Part shown: positions 54,315 to 63,980 of the stretch, in pieces
Layout: each line of letters starts with the position of its first letter
Numbering within the stretch: the stretch's first letter is position 1
NCBI GenBank assembly: GCA_964501365.1
Contig: CAZCST010000017.1
Location: forward strand, 25,705 to 89,704
DNA length: 64,000 nucleotides
Source: an uncultured Phycisphaera sp.
GTDB taxonomy: Bacteria > Planctomycetota > Phycisphaerae > UBA1845
Reading direction: 5' to 3'
Program-made: the position numbers and the translations under genes
The notes under the pieces: generated by a model
What the model was told of the DNA's origin: nothing
Databases searched by the model: none
The model's input: the letters and a program-made list of their open reading frames with translations, nothing else

Positions 54315-54485
54315 GCACGATTGCGTCCCAGACCCAATTTCCACCCCCAAGTGGTGCTTTGCAATGGCCCTCGCGTATGGCGATTGGCTTGTTGTTAACC
54401 TAGAATCGCGGAAGCTAAAGGGGCCTTAGGGCCGAAAAAGGGAGTAGGGATTCATCGTGCAATTTGCTTCAACCAGGATGGTGAA

Positions 54486-55709
54486 ATGATGCAAACCATG
54501 GACGGTTCATTTCGAGCAAGACGCAGTTCCATCGCGGCAGTCGCTGGTCTTTCGCTGCTTGCAACACTGGCCTCAACGGGATGTCAAGGCAGCCGTTGGG
54601 GTATGTTTGGCAAACCCTATGGGCAGGAGCAAATCCGGGCCATCTGGGTGACTCGCTGGGATTACAAGTCGGCTTCGGACATCTCCAAAGTGATGGATAA
54701 CTGCAAGGCGGCCGGTTTCAACACGGTGCTATTTCAGGTTCGCGGGGCGGGAACGGTCACGTATCGCTCCAAGATCGAACCCTGGGCCGAGGAATTCGGG
54801 GGACGCGATCCGGGATTTGATCCGCTGGCTGTCGCCTGCAAGGAGGCGGACCGCCGGGGCATGAGCCTTCACGCCTGGGTGAACGTACTGCCCGCTTATC
54901 GCGGCAAGGAGCCGCCGGCCAATCCGCGTCAGCTCTATAACGCGCATCCGGATTGGTTCCTGCGCGACGCGATGGGGCACCGGCAGCCGCTCGGGTGGTA
55001 TGACAGCCTGAATCCGTGTTACCCGGAGGTGCGGCGATACCTGACCGGAGTGATGCACGAAATCGTTTCGCGGTATCCGGTCGATGGATTGCACCTCGAC
55101 TACGCCCGATTTCCCATCGAGCCCGTGGACTCCTATGGCGGCAATCCGGTGCCCGACTATCCGCGCGACCCGCGGACGCTGGCGCTGTTCCGCAAGGCGA
55201 CGGGAAAATCCCCAGACCAATCGGCGGCGGCATGGGAGGCATGGCGGACGGACTGCATGACTCAGGTGATCCGCGATATCCGCAAGATGATGCTCAAGAC
55301 CAATCCCAAGGCCGTGCTTACCGCGGCAGTGGGTCCTGTGCCAGAGGAACATCGAAGGAAATTCTATCAGGACGCCCCCCGATGGATTCAAGAGGGCCTG
55401 GTCGATGCGGTTTACCCCATGAATTATGATTCGGACCTGCGCGTGTATACGAACCGCGTGGCTTCATGGGCGGCGATGAGCTCGCGAGTGCCCGTAGTTA
55501 CGGGTGTGATGTTCGACAAGCGGAACGCGGGGACGGTGCTGGCGCAGGTACAGGAAGCCAGCCGGCGCGGCACGCATTTTGCAGCTTTTGCCTATAATTC
55601 CCTGTTTGAGCGGCTCGACGGCAGCGGCAGGCCGATCATGGATGGACAAAGTGCTTCCCGTGCGGCGCTGCGCAAAGAAGTGATCCCCAAGCTCCGCCGC
55701 CTCTCCTGA
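54486..55709 (+). CDS. lipoprotein of the glycoside-hydrolase-like GHL10/DUF187 (YngK-type) family
   Basis: Lipobox 'LASTGC'. 'R..WV........S...I......K..GFNT...QVR' and 'HAW.N', 'P.....V......E.......DG.HLDY.RFP' are typical of this TIM-barrel family. Confidence 0.7.
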   Translation: MMQTMDGSFRARRSSIAAVAGLSLLATLASTGCQGSRWGMFGKPYGQEQIRAIWVTRWDYKSASDISKVMDNCKAAGFNTVLFQVRGAGTVTYRSKIEPWAEEFGGRDPGFDPLAVACKEADRRGMSLHAWVNVLPAYRGKEPPANPRQLYNAHPDWFLRDAMGHRQPLGWYDSLNPCYPEVRRYLTGVMHEIVSRYPVDGLHLDYARFPIEPVDSYGGNPVPDYPRDPRTLALFRKATGKSPDQSAAAWEAWRTDCMTQVIRDIRKMMLKTNPKAVLTAAVGPVPEEHRRKFYQDAPRWIQEGLVDAVYPMNYDSDLRVYTNRVASWAAMSSRVPVVTGVMFDKRNAGTVLAQVQEASRRGTHFAAFAYNSLFERLDGSGRPIMDGQSASRAALRKEVIPKLRRLS

Positions 55710-55769
55710 TGAGATTCTGATCCAGACCCCGAACGCGAGTCGAAAATCGGCCGGGGCGAGCGAGCGGGC

Positions 55770-56669
55770 GTGACGCCGAAAGTCTCCAATTCATCCTCGC
55801 TCTCGATTGGGATTGATATCGGCGGTACGACCTCTCGCGCCGCGCTGGTCGACGATTGCGGCAACGTGGTCGAATCAACACATCGGCCCTCGCCTCTAGA
55901 ATACGAAGAATTTGTGCGTTGGATATGTACCGCGGTTTCCGCCTGGTCGAAAGCACATCCGGTACTCCTCAAGATCCGTCTGGCCTTGCCCGGCGTGGTG
56001 GATCGCGCCAATGGGACAGTAATTCGGTCCGTCAACCTGCCCTGGCTCGAGGGACAACCGATTGTCGATCAACTCGAACGCGAGACTGGACTGCGGCCAA
56101 CCCTGCTCACTGACGCGGAAGCCGCAACCTGGGGCGAGTTTGTTGACTCGGGCAGGCCGGCCAGTCCGTTTGCCCATTTGCGACTTGGAACCGGGGTCGC
56201 CTGCGGGGTCGTCGTAGAAGGACGGTTGATTCCGACCGATCCGACGCGGCGAACCCATTGGCCGATTCTTGTTGTGGATCAACGTCCAGCTGCACCGAAG
56301 TGCCCTTGCCGGCTTAGCGGTTGTCTCGAGCTCTTTGCCTCCGGGAATTCCCTCGTGAACAAGGCTGGCGAGTTCGGGTTTGGCCGCACGTTGGACGACC
56401 TCCGGACGGGTTACGAGTCAGGCGATGAGCGCGTGATCGATTTGCTGGATTGTGCTGCCAATGCCGTCGCTCGTGCCGTTGATAACCTCGTGAAGGCGTA
56501 TGATGTCAAGCTGGTCGTTCTCGGTGGCGGCGTTCTGAAAGCGCTGCCGCTTCTTTTCACGTCAATACAACAAATCACCGAATCCGCGGTACTCATCCGC
56601 TTATCCCGACTCAAGGATGATGCTGGAATCGTGGGAGCAGCGCGGTTTCCGGACCCTTCGGGGCTGTGA
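55770..56669 (+). CDS. ROK-family sugar kinase (glucokinase-like)
   Basis: 'IGIDIGGT..R.ALVD' is an ATPase phosphate-1 motif. 'C.C...GC.E...SG' is the ROK zinc motif. GTG start. Confidence 0.8.
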   Translation: MTPKVSNSSSLSIGIDIGGTTSRAALVDDCGNVVESTHRPSPLEYEEFVRWICTAVSAWSKAHPVLLKIRLALPGVVDRANGTVIRSVNLPWLEGQPIVDQLERETGLRPTLLTDAEAATWGEFVDSGRPASPFAHLRLGTGVACGVVVEGRLIPTDPTRRTHWPILVVDQRPAAPKCPCRLSGCLELFASGNSLVNKAGEFGFGRTLDDLRTGYESGDERVIDLLDCAANAVARAVDNLVKAYDVKLVVLGGGVLKALPLLFTSIQQITESAVLIRLSRLKDDAGIVGAARFPDPSGL

Positions 56670-56718
56670 GAATTTGACGCGGAAAGCCTCGCGGAGTAGG
56701 GTTCGATTCTCGATTTGA

Positions 56719-56793
56719 CGGGGCGTAGCTCAGCCTGGCTAGAGCGCTGCGTTCGGGACGCAGAGGTCGCAGGTTCAAATCCTGTCGCCCCGA
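56719..56793 (+). tRNA. tRNA-Pro (CGG)
   Basis: Hand-folded cloverleaf: acceptor CGGGGCG/CGCCCCG, D arm GCTC..GAGC, anticodon stem CTGCG/CGCAG with loop TTCGGGA, T arm GCAGG-TTCAAAT-CCTGT. No encoded CCA. Confidence 0.9.
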
Positions 56794-56858
56794 CTTCTTC
56801 CCGCCCGATGTGGGCGAAATCAATAACGCAAGATCAGACCTGTACGAGACTTAAAGCC

Positions 56859-57569
56859 ATGCAGCGGAGAGAATTTCTGGCATCCGGCTTGGCGCTGGGC
56901 TGCGTTCAAATTCCGCAAGCGTTCGCAGGAGATCCGCCACAAGTAGGTGCAAACAAGGCGATTGCCGAAGGCGGGCCGCTCACACCCCCCAAGGATCGAC
57001 CGATCGAAGTCGTGATCGCCGTATCCGCCAATACGACCTGGATTGATTTTGTTGGTCCTCTCGCCGTATTCGAGACTTACCATTTCGACCCTATCGAGAA
57101 GAAGCACAAGCCACGATTCCATATGTCGCTGGTCAGCGAGAAGCTTGAGGTGGTGCAAAACCTCATGCCAGACTGCACATTTCAAAATGCCCCGAAGGCC
57201 GACATCATCCTGATTCCGGCACAACGAGGGTCGCCGGCAATGCTCGAATGGATTCGCAAATCGGCGGACACCGCAGAAGTGACAATGTCTGTTTGTACGG
57301 GGGCATCGCACCTTGCGCGGGCCGGTTTACTGAATGGACAACAGGCGACGACGCACCACGAGTCCATCGAACATTTCACCAAGGAATTCCCCGAAGTGAA
57401 ATGGATAGCGGGCATGCGATTCGTGGAGGGTAAAAAAGTCTCGACGGGCGGCGGACTTACGGCTGGAATCGACCTGGCCCTTCGGGTGACAGAACGCTAC
57501 TTCGGACGAGCTTCGGCTCAAGAGGTGGCCGACCATCTGGAATATCAGGGCAAGGGATGGATCGTTTGA
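56859..57569 (+). CDS. DJ-1/PfpI-family (class I glutamine amidotransferase-like) protein with Tat-like signal
   Basis: 'MQRREFLASGLALG' is a twin-Arg-like leader. 'D....PA' and 'SVCTGA..LA.AGLL.G..ATTH' form the nucleophile-elbow Cys motif. Confidence 0.8.
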   Translation: MQRREFLASGLALGCVQIPQAFAGDPPQVGANKAIAEGGPLTPPKDRPIEVVIAVSANTTWIDFVGPLAVFETYHFDPIEKKHKPRFHMSLVSEKLEVVQNLMPDCTFQNAPKADIILIPAQRGSPAMLEWIRKSADTAEVTMSVCTGASHLARAGLLNGQQATTHHESIEHFTKEFPEVKWIAGMRFVEGKKVSTGGGLTAGIDLALRVTERYFGRASAQEVADHLEYQGKGWIV

Positions 57570-57636
57570 CGGCAAACGGCAACATTGGGGATTCACACAG
57601 TCTACTTCACAATTTCTGAAATCTGGAAAGAGTACG

Positions 57637-59151
57637 ATGCCAAGTCATGATTCTGGACGCGTGCTGATTGGAGCCTTCGCCCTTTTGCTCGGCTCTTTGG
57701 TGCGGGCGGAAAGTCCCGAGCAGTGGTATCGCGACGGACGGGAGGCCGTGGACCGCGCAAAGCGAGAAGCTCCGATCACCGGTAAGGCAAAGAATGTCAT
57801 TCTCTTTCTTGGTGATGGAATGGGGATTACGACCGTGACGGCCGCGCGAATTCTGGAAGGCCAGCAGCGCGGGCAAACCGGCGAAGAAAATTTCCTCAGC
57901 TTTGAAAAGTTCCCCAATACGGCATTCGTCAAGACCTACAACACTGATGCGCAGACGGCCGACTCCGCCGGCACGATGTCGGCCATTGTCACCGGCGTGA
58001 AAACGCGGATCGGATACCTTTCCGTAAATCAAAACGCAATTCGCGGCGATTTTGCATCGGCAAAGGCCAACCAGACAACGACGATACTTGAACTTGCGGA
58101 AAAGGCCGGGCTGTCCACCGGAATTGTGACGACGACGCGGGTGACGCATGCCACACCGGCGGCGTGCTATGCGCATGTTTCGGAGCGTGACTGGGAGGAT
58201 GACAAGTCGATTCCGGCCGAGCAGCGAAAGGCCGGGGCCCTGGATATCGCACGACAGTTGATTGACTTTCCGTATGGTGACGGCCTGGAGGTCGTGCTCG
58301 GCGGAGGCCGGTCGAATTTCCTGCCGGAATCGGTCGCTGATCCGGAGATGGAAAAGCCCCTCGGACGGCGGCAAGACCAGCGTAACCTGATTGAGGAGTG
58401 GCAAAAAAAGCCGGATGCCGTCTATGTCTGGAACATGGATCAGTTTCGGGCTGTCGATGTTGCAAAGAGCAGGCACCTGCTGGGCCTGTTTGAACCCTCG
58501 CATATGAAATACGAATTCGATCGCAAAAAGGATCGCGGCGGAGAGCCTTCACTGACGGAAATGACGCTCAAGGCCATCGAAATGCTCTCGCGGAATGATA
58601 AGGGGTTTTTCCTGATGGTCGAAGGCGGACGCATCGACCACGCGCATCATGAGGGGAATGCGTTTCGTGCGCTGACCGAGGCGATTGAATTCTCCCACGC
58701 GGTGGCGGCTGCCCGTGAAAAAACGCGGCGGGAAGACACGCTCATCATCGTGACGGCCGATCACAGCCACGTGTTTACGATGTGCGGATATCCCACGCGC
58801 GGCAACCCGATCCTCGGCAAAGTCACAGATTGCGACTGCCCTCCGGATCAGAAGGGCAAACTTGCACTCGACGCTCACGGAATGCCGTTCACGACGCTTG
58901 GGTATGCCAACGGCCCCGGATGCAAAGCCGGTGCTCCACGGGTTGATTTGTCCACCGTGGACACCACCGATGCGGACTACAAGCAGGAATCCACCATTCC
59001 GTTGGCCGCCGAATCACACGGAGGCGAAGACGTTCCGCTGTACGCTGATGGGCCGGGCGCATGGTTGTTTCACGGCGTTCTGGAGCAGAACGTCATTTTT
59101 CACGTGATGGCAGACGCGCTGGGCCTGTCGGGCGAGGCCCCAAAGCCATGA
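57637..59151 (+). CDS. alkaline phosphatase (PhoA family)
   Basis: 'LF.GDGMG', 'DSA.T.SA..TG' (active-site Ser), 'TTTR.THATPA', 'EGGRIDHA.H' and 'VTADHSH'. Confidence 0.93.
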   Translation: MPSHDSGRVLIGAFALLLGSLVRAESPEQWYRDGREAVDRAKREAPITGKAKNVILFLGDGMGITTVTAARILEGQQRGQTGEENFLSFEKFPNTAFVKTYNTDAQTADSAGTMSAIVTGVKTRIGYLSVNQNAIRGDFASAKANQTTTILELAEKAGLSTGIVTTTRVTHATPAACYAHVSERDWEDDKSIPAEQRKAGALDIARQLIDFPYGDGLEVVLGGGRSNFLPESVADPEMEKPLGRRQDQRNLIEEWQKKPDAVYVWNMDQFRAVDVAKSRHLLGLFEPSHMKYEFDRKKDRGGEPSLTEMTLKAIEMLSRNDKGFFLMVEGGRIDHAHHEGNAFRALTEAIEFSHAVAAAREKTRREDTLIIVTADHSHVFTMCGYPTRGNPILGKVTDCDCPPDQKGKLALDAHGMPFTTLGYANGPGCKAGAPRVDLSTVDTTDADYKQESTIPLAAESHGGEDVPLYADGPGAWLFHGVLEQNVIFHVMADALGLSGEAPKP

Positions 59152-59537
59152 AGTTGGAGAGGGTGTTCAGCGGTGCGCCGTGGGAGCAAAGAGTCGGGTA
59201 TTGCCGTGCGGTGCGGGCGGGGAATTTGATCTTCGTGACGGGCACGGCGCCGGTGGCCGAAGGCGGCGGAGTGTTTGCTCCCGGCGATGCACATGCCCAG
59301 GCTTGTCGGTGCTTCGAGATTATTCAACGTGCTTTGGCCGGCTTGGGGGCGTCCATGTCCGACGTGGTGCGCACCCGAATGTTCGTCACCGACATTCGGC
59401 GCTGGGAGGAATTTGGGAGGGCCCATGCCGAGTTCTTTCGCGATCATCCTCCGGCAACCAGCATGATTGAGCTGAAGGGCTTGATCGATCCGGCCATGCT
59501 CATTGAAATCGAGGCCGACGCGGTTTGTATGGATTAG
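59148..59537 (+). CDS. RidA/YjgF/L-PSP-family protein
   Basis: 129 aa. 'G..IFVSG-type GNLIFVTGT', 'Q....F..I...L...G......V.RTR.FVTD' and 'P..T..E...L......IEIEA'. ATGA overlap with the phosphatase gene. Confidence 0.8.
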   Translation: MKLERVFSGAPWEQRVGYCRAVRAGNLIFVTGTAPVAEGGGVFAPGDAHAQACRCFEIIQRALAGLGASMSDVVRTRMFVTDIRRWEEFGRAHAEFFRDHPPATSMIELKGLIDPAMLIEIEADAVCMD

Positions 59538-59672
59538 TTTCGGACCAAGAACTTCGGCCTCGCTCCTCTTGCCGGCGGCGCACAATCCGGTGCCGGAAAT
59601 TCGCAAACAATTTCCCTTCTTTGGACGGGCCATGTCAATTTGCTATTCTACGATTCCAGTGAGGTACACGAA

Positions 59673-61535
59673 ATGAATACGGTGCATGCTCCGAGTTTGA
59701 ATGCAGGATTGGGGTGGCTGAACACGGACAGGCCGCTGCGGCTGGATGCGGAGTTGCGCGGACAGGTCGTGGTGCTGGACTTCTGGACTTATTGCTGCAT
59801 CAATTGCATGCACATCCTGCCCGATCTTGCGTTCCTGGAACACAAATATGCGAAAGACCCGGTCGTCTTCATCGGTGTCCATAGCGCGAAATTCACGAAC
59901 GAGGCCTCCCCGGAGACCATCCGAGCCGCGATTCATCGCTACGAGATTGCGCACCCGGTCGTCATCGACGATCAGATGAAACTCTGGCAGGCCTATGCCG
60001 TTCGCAGCTGGCCAACCGTCGTTGTCATTAACGCACAGGGCTATGTCGTGGGCAGTGTCGCGGGAGAAAATAACCGCGAGGCGCTCGATCAAATCATCGG
60101 GCAGGCGCTGGAGCAGGGCCGCAAAGCCGGAACGCTGGCGGCCGCGCCACTGAAAATTGAGCGTGATGGGATGGTTCGCTCTGCTTCGGGCCTTGCGTTT
60201 CCGGGCAAAGTCTTCGCCGATCCCGAGTTGCTAAGGCTGTTCGTTGCTGATTCGAATCACAACCGGATCGTGATTGCCGAGTGGCCTGACGACTCTGGCC
60301 GCGCCCGAGTAGTTCACGTGGTGGGCAGCGGAGAAATCGGCGCAGATGACGGACCGGCCGACAAAGCGACGTTCAATCATCCCCAGGGAATGGTCTCGGG
60401 CCAGGGCAATCTGTACGTCTGCGATACCGAGAATCACTTGATTCGCAAGATTGATTTGGAGACCTACGAAGTTTCCACGGTCGTCGGCACTGGCAAAATG
60501 ACCTACGATTTTGCGGGCGGACGCATGGGGCGCCAGCAGGGGATCAACTCGCCGTGGGACGTGGCACGCGAAGGCTCGACGCTGTACGTCGCGATGGCGG
60601 GTCAGCACCAAATCTGGCGCATCGATTTGCCGGTTGGATTTTCCCGTGCGCTTGCTGGAACCGGGCGCGAGAACATCGCGGACGGCCCCACGGAGACATC
60701 CGCTTTCTCGCAACCCTCCGGCATCTGCATGATGGGCGGAAAGCTCTACGTCGCTGACAGCGAAGTAAGCGCGATTCGCTGCATTGACATGGCTACCGAG
60801 CGCGTAAGCACGATTCTCGGCGAAGGGCTGTTCAGCTTCGGCGACGTAGACGGCGTATTTCCCAAGGCCAAATTGCAGCATCCTCTGGGCATCGCGGCCT
60901 GCGGCGCATCATTGCTGGTGGCCGACACGTACAATCACAAGATCAAGATCGTCGAACCGGCCGCCCAATCGGCTCACACCATTCTGGGCAGCGGAAAGCC
61001 CGCGACAAAAACGCCTGCCGGAGGACCCGCTTTTTTCGAACCCGGGGGGCTCAGCGTCGCAGGAGACGACTTGTTCGTGGCGGACACAAATAATCATCGA
61101 ATTATTCAACTGAATCTGAAGAATCACCAATGGCGAGAAGTCATTTTTGAGGGATTGATTGGGCGGAATTCTCAAGAGAATGTACCGGCGATTTCAGCAC
61201 CAGAAGTCACTCTCGATACAAAGCGCGAAATTGAATTGATCATGGACATACAACTTCCACGCGGCGCCCATTTTGCGGCGGACGCTCCCTGGTCATTCTC
61301 CGTCGGATCCAATGGCAGAATTCTGGCTCAGCGAACCGAGATGTCGTCCTCGCTTCCCCTGCGATCAATAGTCCCCGCGAACACAGCAACAATGAGTGAG
61401 TGGCGGGTCGATGTGTCCTTCGTCTATTGCACGGAAGGGCCGGCCAGCCGCTGTGTCCCCTGCGATCTGGCATGGCGGTTTCCTGTGAAAGCGGCCGGCA
61501 CTTCGAGCAAGATTATCCTGAGCGGGGCCGTCTGA
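59673..61535 (+). CDS. thioredoxin-fold (redoxin/AhpC-TSA-like) plus NHL-repeat beta-propeller protein (NHLRC2-like architecture)
   Basis: 'VVVLDFWTYCCINCMH' has the CxxC in a thioredoxin fold. Repeated NHL signatures follow: 'ADSNHNRIV', 'CDTENHLIRKID', 'ADSEVSAIRCID', 'ADTYNHKIKIV', 'ADTNNHRIIQL'. GAGG lies 8 nt before the ATG. Confidence 0.85.
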   Translation: MNTVHAPSLNAGLGWLNTDRPLRLDAELRGQVVVLDFWTYCCINCMHILPDLAFLEHKYAKDPVVFIGVHSAKFTNEASPETIRAAIHRYEIAHPVVIDDQMKLWQAYAVRSWPTVVVINAQGYVVGSVAGENNREALDQIIGQALEQGRKAGTLAAAPLKIERDGMVRSASGLAFPGKVFADPELLRLFVADSNHNRIVIAEWPDDSGRARVVHVVGSGEIGADDGPADKATFNHPQGMVSGQGNLYVCDTENHLIRKIDLETYEVSTVVGTGKMTYDFAGGRMGRQQGINSPWDVAREGSTLYVAMAGQHQIWRIDLPVGFSRALAGTGRENIADGPTETSAFSQPSGICMMGGKLYVADSEVSAIRCIDMATERVSTILGEGLFSFGDVDGVFPKAKLQHPLGIAACGASLLVADTYNHKIKIVEPAAQSAHTILGSGKPATKTPAGGPAFFEPGGLSVAGDDLFVADTNNHRIIQLNLKNHQWREVIFEGLIGRNSQENVPAISAPEVTLDTKREIELIMDIQLPRGAHFAADAPWSFSVGSNGRILAQRTEMSSSLPLRSIVPANTATMSEWRVDVSFVYCTEGPASRCVPCDLAWRFPVKAAGTSSKIILSGAV

Positions 61536-61633
61536 TCCTGTCTTGCTTCACATTTGCTCAACTTCATGCAATCGACAGGGACATTCGGACATTTTCACAT
61601 GGATTGCCTGGTTGAATGCTCCGGAGGTCAAAG

Positions 61634-62512
61634 ATGCAACGTGGTTTGGGGGGAAATGGCGTTTGGGTACTCACCCTTGCATGTTCTGCAGCCACGCCGG
61701 CTGAGGCCACCTTTCACTTGATGCAAATCGAACAGGTGATCGGCGGCGTCAACGGAAATGCAACCATGCAGGCCATTCAGCTTCGCATGCGATCTTCCGG
61801 CCAGAATTTCGTTTCCGGTGCACGGATCCGCGCGTGGGATGCAACCGGGTCCAATCCCGTGATGATCATTAATATTGCCGCCGACGTATCGAATGCCCTG
61901 GCCGGAGACCGGGTGTTGATCGTGAGCGCCCCATTCGTTCAGGTGACGACTCCGCCGGTCATTGCGGACTTCGTTATGACAAACCTGATTCCGGAATCGT
62001 ACCTTGCGGCCGGCAGCCTCACATTTGAAAGCGACGGCGGACTGGTTTATTGGCGGCTGAGTTGGGGAGGTGCGGGCTATAGCGGGTCGACCTTCGGGCA
62101 GTCCGACAACGATAATGACCCTGGGATCGTTCCGGCGAATTTCGGTCCTCCCTTTTCCGATCCGTTACCATCGGCAACACTGCAAGCATTGCGGTTTACC
62201 GGTGCGGCCTCGGCGCAAAGCACCACGAACGCCGCCGACTACACGGTTACTTCTGATGCCGCCGTTTTCACCAACAACGCGCGAAACCCGTTCACGGTGA
62301 TTGCTCCTCCGCCTGTCGCTGGCGATATTGACGGAGACCGCGACGTTGACGCGGCGGATTTTGCACGCTGTGTGGCATGCATGTCAGGCCCCGAAGGGGA
62401 AATTCCGGCGTCCTGCACGAACGAGGATTTTGCGGCGTGTGACCTGCACGAGGACGCAAGCGTTGACCTATTGGACGTGGCGGAATTGGTTTTGCTGGTA
62501 TCCGCCCGATAA
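61634..62512 (+). CDS. secreted hypothetical protein with C-terminal dockerin-like module
   Basis: GGAGG precedes the ATG. Signal peptide 'VWVLTLACSAATPAEA'. The conserved-looking N-terminus 'FHLMQIEQVIGGVNG' belongs to a family I cannot name. The C-terminus is 'GDIDGDRDVDAADF....CDLHEDASVDLLDV'. Confidence 0.6.
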   Translation: MQRGLGGNGVWVLTLACSAATPAEATFHLMQIEQVIGGVNGNATMQAIQLRMRSSGQNFVSGARIRAWDATGSNPVMIINIAADVSNALAGDRVLIVSAPFVQVTTPPVIADFVMTNLIPESYLAAGSLTFESDGGLVYWRLSWGGAGYSGSTFGQSDNDNDPGIVPANFGPPFSDPLPSATLQALRFTGAASAQSTTNAADYTVTSDAAVFTNNARNPFTVIAPPPVAGDIDGDRDVDAADFARCVACMSGPEGEIPASCTNEDFAACDLHEDASVDLLDVAELVLLVSAR

Positions 62513-62545
62513 GTGCCAAACCCCCACGGTTTGTTCCTTCAAACC

Positions 62546-62573
62546 TTGACCAATCGTGTCCATAAGCTAAAGT
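62546..62573 (+). promoter_or_regulatory. sigma70-like promoter candidate for tRNA-Asn
   Basis: TTGACC (62546..62551), 16 nt, then TAAAGT (62568..62573), about 45 nt upstream of the tRNA. Confidence 0.35.
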
Positions 62574-62619
62574 AGCCTGTGCCTTTGGAGCGACCTGTTT
62601 GGGGTCGAACCGACGCGAA

Positions 62620-62691
62620 TCCCCGATAGCTCAATGGTAGAGCGAGCGGCTGTTAACCGCTAGGTTCTAGGTTCGAATCCTAGTCGGGGAG
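62620..62691 (+). tRNA. tRNA-Asn (GTT)
   Basis: Hand-folded: acceptor TCCCCGA/TCGGGGA, D arm GCTC..GAGC, anticodon stem AGCGG/CCGCT with loop CTGTTAA, T arm CTAGG-TTCGAAT-CCTAG. Confidence 0.9.
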
Positions 62692-63158
62692 ATTAAGCTA
62701 GTACGACAGCGCTATAAGCTGTCTCATGGCCGGGCCATTCGTTTTCGGCTTTCGTAGGATGCCCGATTTTGCCTCTGGTGGTAGTCGCATCGTTCGATCA
62801 AATCAGCCCACGTGTACGGCCAGCGGTTCCAGATCTTCGACGCCAGCATATTGGCCCCTTCCGCCACTTGCTCCAGGGTAATCCGCTGATTTTTCCCCCC
62901 GAAGCCGTTGAGTCTGCTGAGTCTGCGCGGCCAGGAAGTACATCACCATCCGACTGCATGGCCAGTGTCGGATTAAACTTCGGTAGGTACGAACTGCGCC
63001 TGTCGTGCGATTGAGTGTCAGGGACACCGAAGGATTTCTGTTCGCTTATTCCCTTCCGCTTGATGTCGTTCGTCCTTATTGCCCCGGTCGGTGGCGTCAA
63101 ACAGTCTGGACGACATTTTCGGGTTGGATCATGGGCAATCGAATGAACCGTTCAACCG

Positions 63159-63980
63159 TCAATAGTGATCTGGCGACGCGCCGTCGGTGTCGCCGACACT
63201 GCCGCCGTCGGTGCCCGGCATGCATTTGCCCGCGCTGCCGGCCTCGTAAATGGCCAGAATTTCCCCGGCGCTCAGGGCGCGGCCGTAAATCGCCAACTCG
63301 TCGATCCGCCCGGCCAAGTAAATGGTTGGGAATCCGCCAATATAGAACGGGTTCGCGGAAGTCGAAATCGGACCGCTTCCGGGTTGCTCCCCATCGAGTT
63401 CGCCGTTGACGTATCCGCGAAGAAATGCGCCGTCGTAGGTGATCGCGACGTGATACCAGGTGTTCGGCAGGAGTATGCTGATGCAATCCAAGTCGTGCCA
63501 GAGCCCGCCGCGCATTACATGAGGCCGCAATCGTCCTTCGGCAACGGTCGCGAGGAAATCTGTACAAGGTGGATCGCCGGTTCCCTTACCCGCGATGCAC
63601 TGATTCGCCTCTGTCGCTGCAAGATTGATCCATGCTTCGATCGTCAAGGCGGCTGTCGGAGTGATACCAGCGCCGGGCACCTCGACCGAGTCGTTCATGC
63701 CATCGAAGTTAAACGCCTGCCCCACTTTTCCCGGAGCGAAGGTAGTGCCGTTCGTAGGCGTCCCATTGTTGGCTCCTGCGATATCTATAGCATTGCCATC
63801 CCCTTTCCACCAGGCCAACATGCCGCTCGGAGGGTGAATGCATTCGGCTCTCCTGTGTTCCGGCCTCGGTGGCGCCATACCGCATGCCGCCGGCAAAGTG
63901 ATTCCCAGGAAGCGGACGAACTTGGAGCCACTTTTGGGCCACAGCGACAGCCAGACGGCGCATTGGAAATCCTTTAACAA
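63159..63980 (-). CDS. LamG-domain (concanavalin A-like lectin/glucanase, Laminin_G_3-type) protein
   Basis: 'G.A.D..G.NNG.......F..GKVGQAF.FDG..D.V.VP', 'T.EAW', 'W.HVA.TYDG...R.YVNG' and 'IGG......F.G.IDE..IY.RALS..EI' are classic LamG_3 sequences. The N-terminus is uncertain. Confidence 0.8.
   Translation of the reverse strand: MLKDFQCAVWLSLWPKSGSKFVRFLGITLPAACGMAPPRPEHRRAECIHPPSGMLAWWKGDGNAIDIAGANNGTPTNGTTFAPGKVGQAFNFDGMNDSVEVPGAGITPTAALTIEAWINLAATEANQCIAGKGTGDPPCTDFLATVAEGRLRPHVMRGGLWHDLDCISILLPNTWYHVAITYDGAFLRGYVNGELDGEQPGSGPISTSANPFYIGGFPTIYLAGRIDELAIYGRALSAGEILAIYEAGSAGKCMPGTDGGSVGDTDGASPDHY

Noticed and set aside
56696-56718. tRNA-like fragment (ggttcgattctcg) just upstream of tRNA-Pro
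   Set aside because: The flanks cannot form a T-stem. The fragment is more simply part of the promoter or leader (TTGACG-17-TAGGGT).
57607-58503. 298-aa minus-strand ORF
   Set aside because: It is antisense to the alkaline phosphatase gene.
63165-63977. 270-aa plus-strand ORF
   Set aside because: It is antisense to the LamG-domain gene, whose motifs are unambiguous on the minus strand.
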